Assembly (NCBI GenBank): GCA_963706025.1
Contig: CAVPLM010000005.1
Location: 640,001 to 704,000, forward strand
Length of the DNA stretch: 64,000 nucleotides
Source of the DNA: an uncultured Actinomycetes bacterium
Lineage (GTDB): Bacteria; Actinomycetota; Thermoleophilia; RBG-16-64-13
Direction: 5' to 3'
The notes under the pieces: model-generated
What the model was told of the DNA's origin: nothing
Databases searched by the model: none
What the model saw: only the letters and a program-made list of their open reading frames with translations
Translations under genes and position numbers: made by a program
In this document: positions 23,196 through 34,100 of the stretch, in pieces
How the letters are laid out: every line of letters begins with the position of its first letter
Numbering within the stretch: the stretch's first letter is position 1

Positions 23196-25650
23196 GTGCG
23201 TAGACTGATAGCCATATTGGCGGTTTCTGCCCTGTTCTGCGGGCTCTCGCTTGCGACGGGGAGCTCGCCCTCATATGCGGCGACTGAACAGGGAACGGGC
23301 GACGGCCGGACATTCAGGGTCATTGCCGGTTCAGATAGATACGAGACAGCCGTCCTGGTCTCCCAAGCAGGATTTCCACACGGAGCGCCGGCCGTTGTGA
23401 TAGCCCGGGGCGATGATTTCGCGGACGCGCTCTGCAGCGCTCCGCTGGCCTATGCCTACGGTGGTCCGCTCCTGCTGACACCAGAGAGCGGCCTCCCGGA
23501 GACGGTCGTGGCCGAACTAGAGCGTCTCGATCCATCCCAGGTCTTCCTCATCGGGATCGGAGACGGGTCGTCACCCGTTCTGAGACAGGTGGAGAGCATC
23601 GTCGAGCCGGAGAACGTCACCACCCTCGTCGGCAGAGACCGATATGAGACGGCCGCTTTGGTCGCCGATCAACTCGAAGCTCAAAGCCGGGGCCCCCGAC
23701 GCAAGGTGGTGATCGCTCCTGGGGACAGTTTCGCGGACGCTCTGGCCGTGGGCCCGCTGGCCGCGGTCAATCACTGGCCGATCCTCTACACCCCCCGGTA
23801 CGGGGATCTGCCGCAGATAACACGGGACGAGATCCGGAAGCTTGGGGTGGACTCGGCTCTCGAGGTAGGAACCTACGCTCGCATCGATCTCCCAAACGTG
23901 GTCAGGAAGGTAGGGATCAGATCGCTACGAGACTTGCGCCCATGATCGCTGAGTACGCGCTGACTCAAGGCCTCACCACGAGCCACGTTGCCTTCGCCAC
24001 CGGAGAGAAGTTCCCGGACGGCCTGGCCGCAGCCCCCTATCTTGCTCTGAATCAGGGGATCTTGCTCCTGACGAAGGGGGCCGTGGCTACTCCTGCCGTG
24101 GCGGGATTCCTGAGCCCCCGGGCCGCCGGTGTCCGCACCCTTGAGGCCATCGGGCTCTCGGCGGTTCCCGCCGGTCCTTGGCTCTCCTCGGGCAGCACCG
24201 AACCCTCCCGTGTCGGGACAAGACGGCACGCAGCCCGACCCCGACACCGCCGAGACGCCCGTGCCGCCCCCAGTTCGACGACGACCACGACGGCTAGGCC
24301 TACCACCACGACCACGACGTCGACGCCGCCTACGACCACCACCACGACCACCCCACCGACCGGACCACGACCACGGTGCCGCCACGCACGACCACCACGA
24401 CCCGGCCCGGCGACCACCACCACCACGGCCCCCACGAGCACCACCACCACGGTCCGCGTGACCAGCACGACGGTGAAACAGGCTACGACGACTACCACGG
24501 CTTCCTACCCACCGATCGTGACAACGACAACCCTGCCGCCGGCCACAACCCCCTCGGGTGTTGTCAGTGTCCGTGACTACGGGGCCAAGGGCGACGGGAC
24601 CGCCGATGACATTGGCGCTATCTGGGCCTGCATCACGGCAGCGGCAGCGGCCGACAAAGAGGTGTACTTCCCGGCCGGCACCTACAAGGTGAGCGATGGC
24701 ATCTGGCTACCCACTGGCTGACTCCCAATATAGCGGACTTGTCATCCGGGGGGCTGGGGTGGGGCAGACCATCATAACCATGAACGCCCAGCCCTCTACC
24801 GCCTATATGTTCTATGCCGTCGATTTGTCCGACGTGCATCTTTCCGATATGACCTTTCGCACTCCCGCGTCCTATTCGAACAACATCAGGGCCATCTTCT
24901 CTACCGGGATGCAGAACTCCTCCATCCGGCGACATCAAGATCGAGAACTGCGACTACGGCATCAAGCTGGGCCTCGGGCAACTCCCATGGCATGGCTCAA
25001 CCCGGCACAATGCGGGCAGATCGCTAGCATCATCGAACGTCACCAGCGGACGCTACGGAACCTGGACTTGCGGTATCTCCGAGCCCACCGGACGGCACGC
25101 TCATCTCCGTCTTCACGAGACCGGACAAACTACAACCTCACTCGAAACCGCGCTGCGCGGGGGTCCGGCACTGTCTGACAGTTCTGGTGTGAAAGCATCA
25201 CCACCACTGATGTCGCTCTTCGAACGGCTCTGAACGCCCACTCATCCCGTCGTCGGGTATCGAGCGCAACGTGTGACCTTGCACGCAATACCACCATCAC
25301 CGGACGGACTATGGCTGGCAAGTCACTGATGTGTCGAAGTCACCGTGGCACGGATTCACCGCTTTGAGCGGCATCGATCCCCTGGGTGACACCTATCAAG
25401 GCGGTGGTCCGACAGCACCGTCACCTTCCGCAACGGTCCTCAGCTGGATCGTAACTGGTGCGTCAACTGAGAGAAGACCTACAGCAACTACTGGTGATTG
25501 AGAACGCTGCATCCGCCCTGAGCTACTGCAGGCTTACGAGGTGCCATTCGATGGCGCAAACCGCTTCGGCCGGACTTCACCGGATCGAACTGGGCAATTG
25601 CTCGTCGGGAGACGGACACGGCAACCTGAGCGTAGATCGATGCGAAGGCA
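23196..25650 (+). CDS. Secreted protein: three cell-wall-binding repeat 2 domains, Thr-rich linker, pectin-lyase-like beta-helix (many frameshifts, 3' part garbled)
   Basis: Signal peptide; G.DRYETA and FADAL/FPDGL CWB2 motifs; VSVRDYGAKGDG..DD..AI...VYFPAGTY. End approximate. Confidence 0.75.
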
Positions 25651-25684
25651 CGTAGTCGATGCGAAGCCCATGCGAAGTCGCACA

Positions 25685-25736
25685 TGCCGGAGGCGGGACT
25701 CGAACCTGCACGGGCATAGCCCTACGGTGTTTAAGA
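25685..25736 (-). repeat. tRNA-Leu(TAA) 3' fragment, copy L1 (attR-like, distal island end)
   Basis: 52 bp matching 52432-52483 with one substitution; ends at the anticodon loop. Followed by a flank (25737-25857) homologous to 41562-41697. Confidence 0.92.
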
Positions 25737-26710
25737 GATCGGTCCTGAGGTCCGGCGGCGGTTGAGCCTGTTGTCCTGCCAGAATACCGCTCTTGTGATG
25801 GGCTGATCTATCGAGCTCTGGTGGCATCCGGGGAGTTTGTCACCCGGATGTCACCAACGGGGCTGGCAAGTCTGCTCCCGCCTTGCACCCGATCGAGCCG
25901 GCGCCCTATGTACGTGCGTAACCTCTCAGCAGCATCGAGATCGCACCGTCACACTCGACGACGTTATGCAGGCCAGTGAGCACCAAGGAGAAACCGACCT
26001 CATCCGCGGTGGGCCCTTCCGCTGCTCCCGTAAGCAAGGCTGTCATTGGGTCTTTGCCTCTCGCCGTCACCAGCCTCGGAAAAGCTCCCGGAAGACCCGC
26101 GTCTCCCAGGCTGGCTCCCTTGTCACGGTTGGGAATTCGGCTGTGGGAGTCCGGCGTGCCTCGGCTGCGTCGCGCCAGGCCTCGTCGTCGGAGTGGACAT
26201 ACGAACAAAGGAAGTAGTACTACGACTGTAGGCTGGAGACATCCTTCTTGGGGCCGCTTCCTAGAGGCCCGTCGCAACGTTACGGAGCGTGCAAAACGCC
26301 CTCCCGGGCTTGAATCTGTTTTCCCACTGCTCCGTGCGCTCAGCTTCGTAGAGGTCCTGGTCGAAACTCGTGTCGGCGTTGCCCGAAAAGAACCACTGCT
26401 CGAACAGCTTCCGATCGGATGCCAGAACAACTGTGCGAAGCGTCGTGTCTATCAACTGCCGGATCATGGCGGGAACCGAGAAGCCCTCTCTCTGGCTCAG
26501 CGGCGTCCCGGGTCGATCCCACGCGTATGATGTACGCACCCCCGGGCAGGACGGGCACCACAGATCCCTCTTTCACATCTTGCGGGATCGCACTGCCGTC
26601 GTGGGCCGGCCGTCTGCGCTTCAGCTCGGCAATACTGCCCTTGACCTCCTTCGCCTTGTCTTTGTCCATGGTGCGTATCGAAGTCGGGACAACTCCGCGA
26701 ACGTTCTCCC

Positions 26711-27871
26711 TCACGCCCCTGGGCCGCTGAGGACCACTTGCTGCAGTAGTTCGCGTATCCGCTGTCCGATAACGGGGTAGGACAAGCGCTCGACGTAGTC
26801 CCGGCGCGCTCTAAGCGCAAACTCGGCAAAAACTTCCGGGCTCAAAACGATCTGCTCCACTGCGTCCGCGTAGCTCTCCGCGGCGCTGCCCTCCGGGATC
26901 AAAAAGCCCGTGCTGCCTTCTACCACACACGAGGGGGTTCCACCCGTACGTGTCGCCACTGAGGGGACTCCGTAGGCGGACGCTTCGGCCAGACCCAGGC
27001 CCATGCACTCCGCGACGGTTGGGAGTAGGTGCACGTGGCTGCTCAGAAAGAGCGAAGCAAGACGCTCTGTGTCCTTTTCGGATGAGCGGCGGAGAGTCCC
27101 GAGACTTTTCACCCATGGTAGCTGGGCCACGTCCTTTTCGGCAGGACCGCCCACCAGGGTAAGCCGAACAGCATGTCCTCTGTCCCGGAGGATCTGCCCG
27201 ATCTCGATCGCCCGGTCTCCCCCTTTGCGAAACCAATTGCCTCCCATCCACACAAGGCCGATCTCGCTTTGGGTCGATCGCCGGCGTATGGATTCGAGGA
27301 CGGCCGCCGAGGAGGGCAACGCGGGCAGGACTCCACCGAAAGGGATCACCCGGATCTTTTCATCCGGCACCTGGTACAGCCGCCGCGCCTGTTCCGCCGC
27401 CCATTCACTTAAGAAGACGACGGCCGTCGCTCGGTGCAATGCGGATCTCTCGGCCTCGTCGCCTCTGCGCACCGTCCCGGGCGAGAGCCCCGTGAAGTCG
27501 GGGTAGTAACCCACCATGCCGCCGAAGACCGCGTCGGTCCAGGTCACGACGGGAACGTCCAGCCGAGCCAGAGCGATTACAGGGCTCTCAGAGACCAGGA
27601 CCACGTCCGCGTCATGGCGGCGCTGCGCCGCCTCCACTGCCGACGCGTACGCGCGAAGCAGCGGGCGCGCTCTGTCGAAGGCCAGTCGCCGGCCGGTAGC
27701 GAATGACAAAAGCTTTCCCATCAGACGCGCGAGGTCCCGGCGCCGCCGGCAGAGGCCGTCGACGCAGACCACTTCTAGATCAGCCGCTCTCAAGACCAGG
27801 GGCACCGCCCCTTGGCGGCCCTCGGGAGATCCAGAGTCGGCCGAAGCCGTTGTCAGATAGAGGACCCTCAC
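26711..27871 (-). CDS. Glycosyltransferase family 4
   Basis: RKGG and ECMGLGLAEASAYGVPSVATRTGG...TGFL (EX7E motif). Confidence 0.88.
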   Translation of the reverse strand: MRVLYLTTASADSGSPEGRQGAVPLVLRAADLEVVCVDGLCRRRRDLARLMGKLLSFATGRRLAFDRARPLLRAYASAVEAAQRRHDADVVLVSESPVIALARLDVPVVTWTDAVFGGMVGYYPDFTGLSPGTVRRGDEAERSALHRATAVVFLSEWAAEQARRLYQVPDEKIRVIPFGGVLPALPSSAAVLESIRRRSTQSEIGLVWMGGNWFRKGGDRAIEIGQILRDRGHAVRLTLVGGPAEKDVAQLPWVKSLGTLRRSSEKDTERLASLFLSSHVHLLPTVAECMGLGLAEASAYGVPSVATRTGGTPSCVVEGSTGFLIPEGSAAESYADAVEQIVLSPEVFAEFALRARRDYVERLSYPVIGQRIRELLQQVVLSGPGA

Positions 27872-28198
27872 TCCAGTCCTGCCGCGCGATTCAGAAAGAA
27901 ACCCGCCGGTGTCCCAGTATGGCGAATCTTGTGCTGGACCGACACGGCACCTCCTCTCTGCCACCTGCCTCACCTGAGAACATTCTAGCCCGCTCCGGCT
28001 GTGGTGGCCCCACGCCTGGCCCGCCGATGGCGCGCCAGGGAGAGAGGGTTGTCTGCCCCCGGGACTCCGACCCAGGGCGCCGTCCGGCCCAGTAACTCGG
28101 GGGCCGGGTGTTACACTCATCCAGCACGCGCGTCGAGGGTCGGGCGCAGCAGCTCATGGTAGGCCGGCCCGCAGCCTCGGGCCTCAAGAAGGAATCCA

Positions 28199-29443
28199 AT
28201 GAGTGCCATTTCGTTGAGTCGTCCCTCCCGTAGCTACGGCGGCGGAAGTACCTTGGCCACCTGCACGGTCTCGATCCCCGGTAAACCGCCCCGAGAACTG
28301 TGGATCCGAACCAGCGGGGCAGGGCTCGTGGAATCCGCCGATCCGTTCGTGGCGCTCGTTCTGCTGCCGGCGATGGTGCTCGGGGTACCGGTGTCGAGTG
28401 AGGGTCCCGTGTCGCGAACGCTGCTCGAGTCCGGCCTCCCGAGCATCCAAAAGATCTATGCGCTGTGGCGGTACGACAGATGGTATCCCCGATACCGGCG
28501 CTTCCACGAGGTGAAGATCGATGCCCCGGTGGCAGAAGACATCCCGTCGGCCGGAGGTGTGGGCCTGTTCTTCTCGGGCGGCGTCGACTCAAGCTTCAGC
28601 CTCGTCGACGCCCGCGATGAAATCACCCATCTCATCTTCATCCAAGACTGGGAGGGCACATTCCCGACGGACCAAGGGGAGCGAGCACTGTCCGGTGTGA
28701 CGAACGTCGCCCAAGGGTTCGGCAAAGCCGTCATTACGGTGGAGACGAACGCCAAATCGTTCCTCCTCTGGGATTATCTCTCGTGGCTACACTTTCATGG
28801 AGCGTTGCTTGCGGCGGTCGCACTCGAGTTGCAGGGGCGGCTCTCCAAAGTGCACGTGCCGGCGACCTACGACGTCAGCACGCTTCAACCATGGGGATCC
28901 CATCCATACCTCGATCCATTGTGGTCAACGACCGCGACCGAGGTCGTTCATGACCGGATCGACGTCACTCGTCTGCAGAAGCTCGCCGTCATCGCCGATG
29001 ACCGGCTGCTCATGGAGAATCTGCGGGTATGTGGAGAGCCGTATCACAACTGCGGCAGCTGTGAAAAATGCGTGCGTACGATGTTCACACTCCAGGCGCT
29101 CGGCCGCTACGAGCAGGGGCTCCCGTTCGACAGGCCGCCCCTTACCCCTCGGGAAATCGCTCGCCTGAATTGGTCGACCCGGGAGTATCCCGAGTACATT
29201 CAGGAAGTCGTGGACTATCTAAAGGACACCGGAGGTCATCCCGAGCTACTGAAGGCTACGCGGATAGCCCACTCCGGCTTCTACTACCACGGCCCCGGCA
29301 GGCTCATCAGGGGCAATCTTGGCCCGCGTCTGAGAGCCAGAGCCGGGCGAGAGTTGACGCAGCTCGTCGGGTCTGTGCGGAGGACGGCTGGATACCGGCG
29401 GATCGCTGGGCTCAAGCGGAACGGCTTGTCCGAACGCTCTTGA
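28199..29443 (+). CDS. PP-loop (adenine nucleotide alpha-hydrolase-like) protein with Cys cluster
   Basis: FFSGGVDS, WGSHPYLDPLWS and LRVC....NCGSCEKCVRT. Confidence 0.72.
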   Translation: MSAISLSRPSRSYGGGSTLATCTVSIPGKPPRELWIRTSGAGLVESADPFVALVLLPAMVLGVPVSSEGPVSRTLLESGLPSIQKIYALWRYDRWYPRYRRFHEVKIDAPVAEDIPSAGGVGLFFSGGVDSSFSLVDARDEITHLIFIQDWEGTFPTDQGERALSGVTNVAQGFGKAVITVETNAKSFLLWDYLSWLHFHGALLAAVALELQGRLSKVHVPATYDVSTLQPWGSHPYLDPLWSTTATEVVHDRIDVTRLQKLAVIADDRLLMENLRVCGEPYHNCGSCEKCVRTMFTLQALGRYEQGLPFDRPPLTPREIARLNWSTREYPEYIQEVVDYLKDTGGHPELLKATRIAHSGFYYHGPGRLIRGNLGPRLRARAGRELTQLVGSVRRTAGYRRIAGLKRNGLSERS

Positions 29444-30344
29444 CTTCGGGAAGCCGCCAGCGCTGACCGAACCACCTGTCCCCCCCGGACGGATAGCCAT
29501 AGGATGCTGCCGCGGGGGTCGTCGTCAATTCACCGAAATACACGCGGCCGTCCACGCAATAGAGATCTACACGAACGAAATCGAACTCCGCGGAAAGAGC
29601 CCGCGCCACATCAAGCATCTCCCCGAGGCCGGCCGGCGGGGGAATCAGTGGGCCGCAGGGATACGATACACCGTCGAAAGGCAGAAGATTCCAGGAGGGA
29701 TCCAGCCAGGTGGTACGGTACGGTGAGAATCGCTGGTCATTGAAGTTCAGCCCTGCCGGCTCCCCGTCGAAGCAGTAGAACTTGTAGTCATCGGGGAGGT
29801 TCCCATCCACTCCGACAAAACGCTCGACCATGATCCGCCTGGGCACGTGCTTGTACGACCACTCCGAGTTGGCGTGATAGTAGTTTGTTCTCAGCCATCG
29901 GTTGAGCATGCGGCAGAATCCTTCTTGGTCGACCTCTGCCCTGTCCCGGACGACGATGTTCCACTTGCACCCGTGCGTGGCCTTGACCACGTATGGGGGG
30001 GAAAGATCTGCCCAGGGGATGTCCTCGGGCTTTTCGAACACCCCAAGAAGCGGGGCGAGATACTTTTCGCCGGCGCGTGCCGCGACGTAGTCCCTCACCG
30101 CTATCCGGTCGGAGCAGACCTGGAGCAACGGGCGCCGGTCGTAGAGCATGCGCCAGAGGATCTTCTCGTTAAAGCCTTCGGGATGCACGAGATCGGGCAC
30201 TCTCCCGAAGGCCCTTTGCTGCAGGCGCAGGGCGGCCAGGAGCTTCAGCCCGGAATGCCTCCAGGCACGGTACCCCCTCAGAGCGAACGGCAAGAAACGG
30301 GGGGGCAGAGCGTCCCGGACCCTGTGCCTAAGAACTCGTTTCAC
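29412..30344 (-). CDS. TupA-like ATP-grasp amidoligase
   Basis: FNEKILWR, VVKATHGC, DYKFYCFDG and FVRVDLY...YFGELT. Confidence 0.88.
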   Translation of the reverse strand: MKRVLRHRVRDALPPRFLPFALRGYRAWRHSGLKLLAALRLQQRAFGRVPDLVHPEGFNEKILWRMLYDRRPLLQVCSDRIAVRDYVAARAGEKYLAPLLGVFEKPEDIPWADLSPPYVVKATHGCKWNIVVRDRAEVDQEGFCRMLNRWLRTNYYHANSEWSYKHVPRRIMVERFVGVDGNLPDDYKFYCFDGEPAGLNFNDQRFSPYRTTWLDPSWNLLPFDGVSYPCGPLIPPPAGLGEMLDVARALSAEFDFVRVDLYCVDGRVYFGELTTTPAAASYGYPSGGDRWFGQRWRLPEVKSVRTSRSA

Positions 30345-31224
30345 TTCGCCGCCACTCGGGGAGTCGAGCAAGCCGTGGCGGGCTCTCCCGCGCGCGCATA
30401 TATGCTTCCGCCCAGGTCCGGGACGCGACCGGGCCATCCGGTGGCTCACACGCACCCAGCATGAACCTGCCGCAGTGCGCACAGAAGATCTGCGACTCCG
30501 CTTTCATGTCGTCCTGTTCCTGGGGAAGGACCTTTCTCCCCAGATCGAAGCCGAAGATCCGGTCGATCGAGCCGGCTACCGGGCAAGGATAGTAGCCGTA
30601 GGGAGTCACTCCCAGGCCACACTCCTGAGTCTCCCAGCAGCCGTTGGAGAAGTCGGCTCCCCTGTACTCCGGCACGTCGATCGGAGCTACCTGGTAGGTA
30701 TGGAACGAAGGTTGGACCCGGCCGCTCTTGGCAGAATCGCGTACCCGTACACCGGGAGGCAGCCGCGCGACCATCGTTCTCGCCCGCTCGCTGTAACCGT
30801 TGGTGACGACCCCGACCCTGGTCTCGGAGGAGTACTCGTCGCGGTACCGGACTACCAGGTCGACGATTTCCAGGAACTCCGGGTGACACGTCGGTTCTCC
30901 CCCTCCGACCACGAGTTGCTTCCATCGGATCTGGTGCTCTCTGCTATCTTCCAAGAACTGCCGGACTTGTCCGACAGACATGTGATCGCCAGTGGGATGC
31001 TGCGCGCAGGAGCGATTGCAGTTGTGACAACCCAGGTCACATTCGTATGTGATGTCGATCACGGCAGCGTCCCGGCTTCGGTTCCATTTGGGGCCGAGCA
31101 TTCGGGTGGGCCCGGGCGAGAGCCGCCACAGGTCGTAACGCCGACCGACTCGGTGCAAGGCCGTGTGGACCCTCGGCGGCACGTGGGGCTTGATGCTCGT
31201 CTTGTAGATGGCACGGAGACTCAC
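30328..31224 (-). CDS. Radical SAM protein
   Basis: CDLGCHNC, GGEPT and TNG. Confidence 0.88.
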   Translation of the reverse strand: MSLRAIYKTSIKPHVPPRVHTALHRVGRRYDLWRLSPGPTRMLGPKWNRSRDAAVIDITYECDLGCHNCNRSCAQHPTGDHMSVGQVRQFLEDSREHQIRWKQLVVGGGEPTCHPEFLEIVDLVVRYRDEYSSETRVGVVTNGYSERARTMVARLPPGVRVRDSAKSGRVQPSFHTYQVAPIDVPEYRGADFSNGCWETQECGLGVTPYGYYPCPVAGSIDRIFGFDLGRKVLPQEQDDMKAESQIFCAHCGRFMLGACEPPDGPVASRTWAEAYMRARESPPRLARLPEWRRSETSS

Positions 31225-31281
31225 TGCTGGTCCACCCCCGGCGCAGAGCCGATCAGAACATGGTCGGGCGCAACGGCGACT

Positions 31282-32889
31282 CTAGGACCCCGATAGGACC
31301 TCGCCGATGGGTCGTCCGTCCAGTTCGTCGCAGCTCAACCCGAACCATTCAAGGAAGGTGGCGGCGAAATCCATGACGGACACCGTTCGGGCCACGGTTC
31401 CAGGCTGCAGTCCCGGCCCGACCACCGCGAACAGACCATCCGGTCTGTGATCACCGGTCCGGCAATAGCGATATTCTCCCTCCACCACGCCGATCTTACC
31501 CGAAGCGGCCCGCACCCGATAGGACAGATCGCTGCTCACCGCCTTGCTGCCCATGCGTACCTCCTGATTCCACTCGACCAGGAGATCCGGCAGATGCTCG
31601 AGGCGCTCCCCTCGGTAGAGGTCAGAGGTCTTCATGACCTTCTTCACCAGGGGCCGGCCACCGGCAACCTCGGTGACGGCCAGCAGGTCTTCGCTCAGCC
31701 GACGGCAGAGGTCATCGAACTCCGCGCCCGGCTCGATAATGCCTTGTGGTTCTCTACCCGCGAGGTTGACGCGGATGCCGCTGATCAGGTCTCCGTTGTC
31801 CTGAGGAAAACAAGCGCACTTCGCCAGGTCCAATCGGTCGGAGAGCCGGCGCGGGCCCGTGGTCTCCGGGTCTCGGGCCCAGCCGAGCATCGGTGACACG
31901 ACCGGCCTCAGGGAGCGCTGGACCGGCTTCGGCAACCTGCTCCATCCCCGCGCCCCGGTGCGGAAGAGCCTCCGGGGCATCGGCTCCGGGTGACCGGCAC
32001 CGGGCGGTCTCCGGACCAGACCGAGCCTCTCCAGGATCTCTTCGAGCATGAAGCCTTTGCCCACGCTGTCCTTCATGCCGTGCGTGGCGAGGAAGAACAC
32101 GTAGCTGTCCTGGTCGACCTGAGCGAGGATCTCTCCGATGGCACGATCGATGGCCACATAGATCTCTCGGATCGGGTCACCCGTGCGCGCGACCGTATGT
32201 CGACGGTAGTTCGGATGAGCCGGGTCATGGAGATGCCAGCATTGATGACCGGCGCAGTGGCCTTCGGTGAATACCTGGACAAAGAAATCCCAGTCATCCT
32301 GCTCGAGATAGTGCAGCGTCAGTTCGCACTTCTTACTGACCCCCGCGATGAGTTCATCGCGGAATCGGCGGAAATCCTTCACGCTCCTACCCGGGGAGTC
32401 GCAGCACTCTCCGGCTGGATGCCGTCCGAACCGCCGTATCACATCCGCCTCTAGTTCCTGAGGCCATGCCCGAAAGCCGTACACGGCGTCATGGGACCCC
32501 CATTCGACGGTCTGGATCCCGTTCACGTCCTTCGAGATCCCCGACAAGGGGACGTCCAGGATGGCGACCTTCTTCCCGGCTCTGCTGAGATGGTTCCAGA
32601 ATGGTTCCTGGTTGATGAACTCACCAGGGCTGCACCGATCGAACTCGTACGTTCCCGGTCTGAGCTGGATCATGCGATGAAAGCCGTGTCGCGCCGGATT
32701 GACGCCGGTGTAGAAGCACGGCCAGGTCGATCCCTCGTACAGACCGTCGACGCTCGTGGTATCTCCCACGAGACCCCGGGAAAAGAGCGCGCGCAAGGCC
32801 GGCAACGTGCCATCCGCAGCCCATTCTCTGAGCAGATGCTTGTCTCCCGCGTCCATCGCCAGGAGTACGATTCTTCTCGGACGAGTCAA
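31282..32889 (-). CDS. Alkaline phosphatase superfamily (type I phosphodiesterase/NPP-like) protein
   Basis: MDAG, W..FYTGVNPARHG, THG, NLAGREPQG and GDHRPDG. Confidence 0.82.
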   Translation of the reverse strand: MTRPRRIVLLAMDAGDKHLLREWAADGTLPALRALFSRGLVGDTTSVDGLYEGSTWPCFYTGVNPARHGFHRMIQLRPGTYEFDRCSPGEFINQEPFWNHLSRAGKKVAILDVPLSGISKDVNGIQTVEWGSHDAVYGFRAWPQELEADVIRRFGRHPAGECCDSPGRSVKDFRRFRDELIAGVSKKCELTLHYLEQDDWDFFVQVFTEGHCAGHQCWHLHDPAHPNYRRHTVARTGDPIREIYVAIDRAIGEILAQVDQDSYVFFLATHGMKDSVGKGFMLEEILERLGLVRRPPGAGHPEPMPRRLFRTGARGWSRLPKPVQRSLRPVVSPMLGWARDPETTGPRRLSDRLDLAKCACFPQDNGDLISGIRVNLAGREPQGIIEPGAEFDDLCRRLSEDLLAVTEVAGGRPLVKKVMKTSDLYRGERLEHLPDLLVEWNQEVRMGSKAVSSDLSYRVRAASGKIGVVEGEYRYCRTGDHRPDGLFAVVGPGLQPGTVARTVSVMDFAATFLEWFGLSCDELDGRPIGEVLSGS

Positions 32890-32911
32890 CTCGGCACGAC
32901 CTCACAGACCT

Positions 32912-34100
32912 TCAGAAACTGTGCATCCAACTGCATCTCTGACAGCCGGGGAACGACCCGCATCGGCGGACGGCCGCGCGGAAGCGCTCGGCCTTCACGT
33001 TGGTCCAGATGTCCTCGAGCCGGTCCTCCCTGATGTTCCCGAGCACGTAGTCGTCGATCCACTCGTCCGGACAGAATCTCACATCGCCGTTGGGTTTGAT
33101 GACGGCCACGCGGAGCGAGGCTCGACACCGTTTGTTCGCCCGGTAGCCCTCGGAGTAGTACTCGCGTATCTCGCCGCCCTGGAGATCTGGGAAGAAGGTC
33201 ACCCCCCTCGTGCCTCTCAGCTGAGAGAGTTCCTCCGACAGCGCCGCCAGATCGATCGACTCGACCGAGGGAAGATGGTGAGCACGCGCTCCTGGAGCGG
33301 ATAGGCCGAGCGCCTTCCCCACCGCGTCCTGGTGGGCCTGCAGTTCCGCGGGGGTGATGAACCACAGGTGGTGGATCACGAATTCGTCGACGCCATCCGC
33401 CGTCTCACTTCTGATGGATCCAACGGTCTCCCGCAGGCGACCGACGACCGAGGGGCCTATGGTCACGTTGACGGTGATGACGGGCTTCGCGCCGCCGCAT
33501 GCTGCCCGTACTCGCAGGACCTCGTTGAGGTTCTCCACCACCCGTGCGTAGACACCCGGTCCACGCAGAGCATCATGGACATCGGGAGGCCCATCCAGCG
33601 AGATGTTCAGATTGTCGACGCCCAGCCTCACAGCCGTGCTGATCAGCTCGGTGTCGAGAAGGGTCCCGTTGGTCGTGAGCGACATCGGCAGCCCGTGCCG
33701 CTTGACGCACGCCGCTATCGTTCCGAGATCGTCCCTGATCAGCGGCTCCCCTCCACCCAGGTAGATGTTGGGACGATACGCCGCCAATCGCTCGATGAGG
33801 CCCAGGACCTCGTCCGTCGTCAGCTCGGACGTGCCATAGCGATCGCCGACACCGTTCGTCCCGTGAAACCAACACATGTCGCAGCGCAGGTTGCACCGGT
33901 TGGTCAACTCGATGTCGATGAAGGCGGGCAACCCGCCAGGCCTGTGGGGCCGGCGAAGCCCCGGTGGTACCAGCCATCGCGGCACCAGAAGCCCAAGGCG
34001 CCTTCTCCAGGGGGCACGAGCCGTGTCAGGCATCGGCCGGACGGTAAGGCGGTCCACCAAGTATCGTTTCGTCGATAAGCCGATAGATGGTCTCATCGAC
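32912..34100 (-). CDS. Radical SAM protein with SPASM/Twitch domain
   Basis: CNLRCDMC, GGEPL, SLDG and C-terminal C...GDVRFC...LGNI...CQRC. Start uncertain. Confidence 0.88.

Noticed and set aside
24270-24545. ACC/ACG-rich tandem repeats
   Set aside because: They encode the Thr/Pro linker of the CWB2 protein.
24960-25680. Stop-rich, disordered stretch before L1
   Set aside because: Fragments continue the beta-helix protein; looks like low-quality consensus or decay, with no independent feature supportable.
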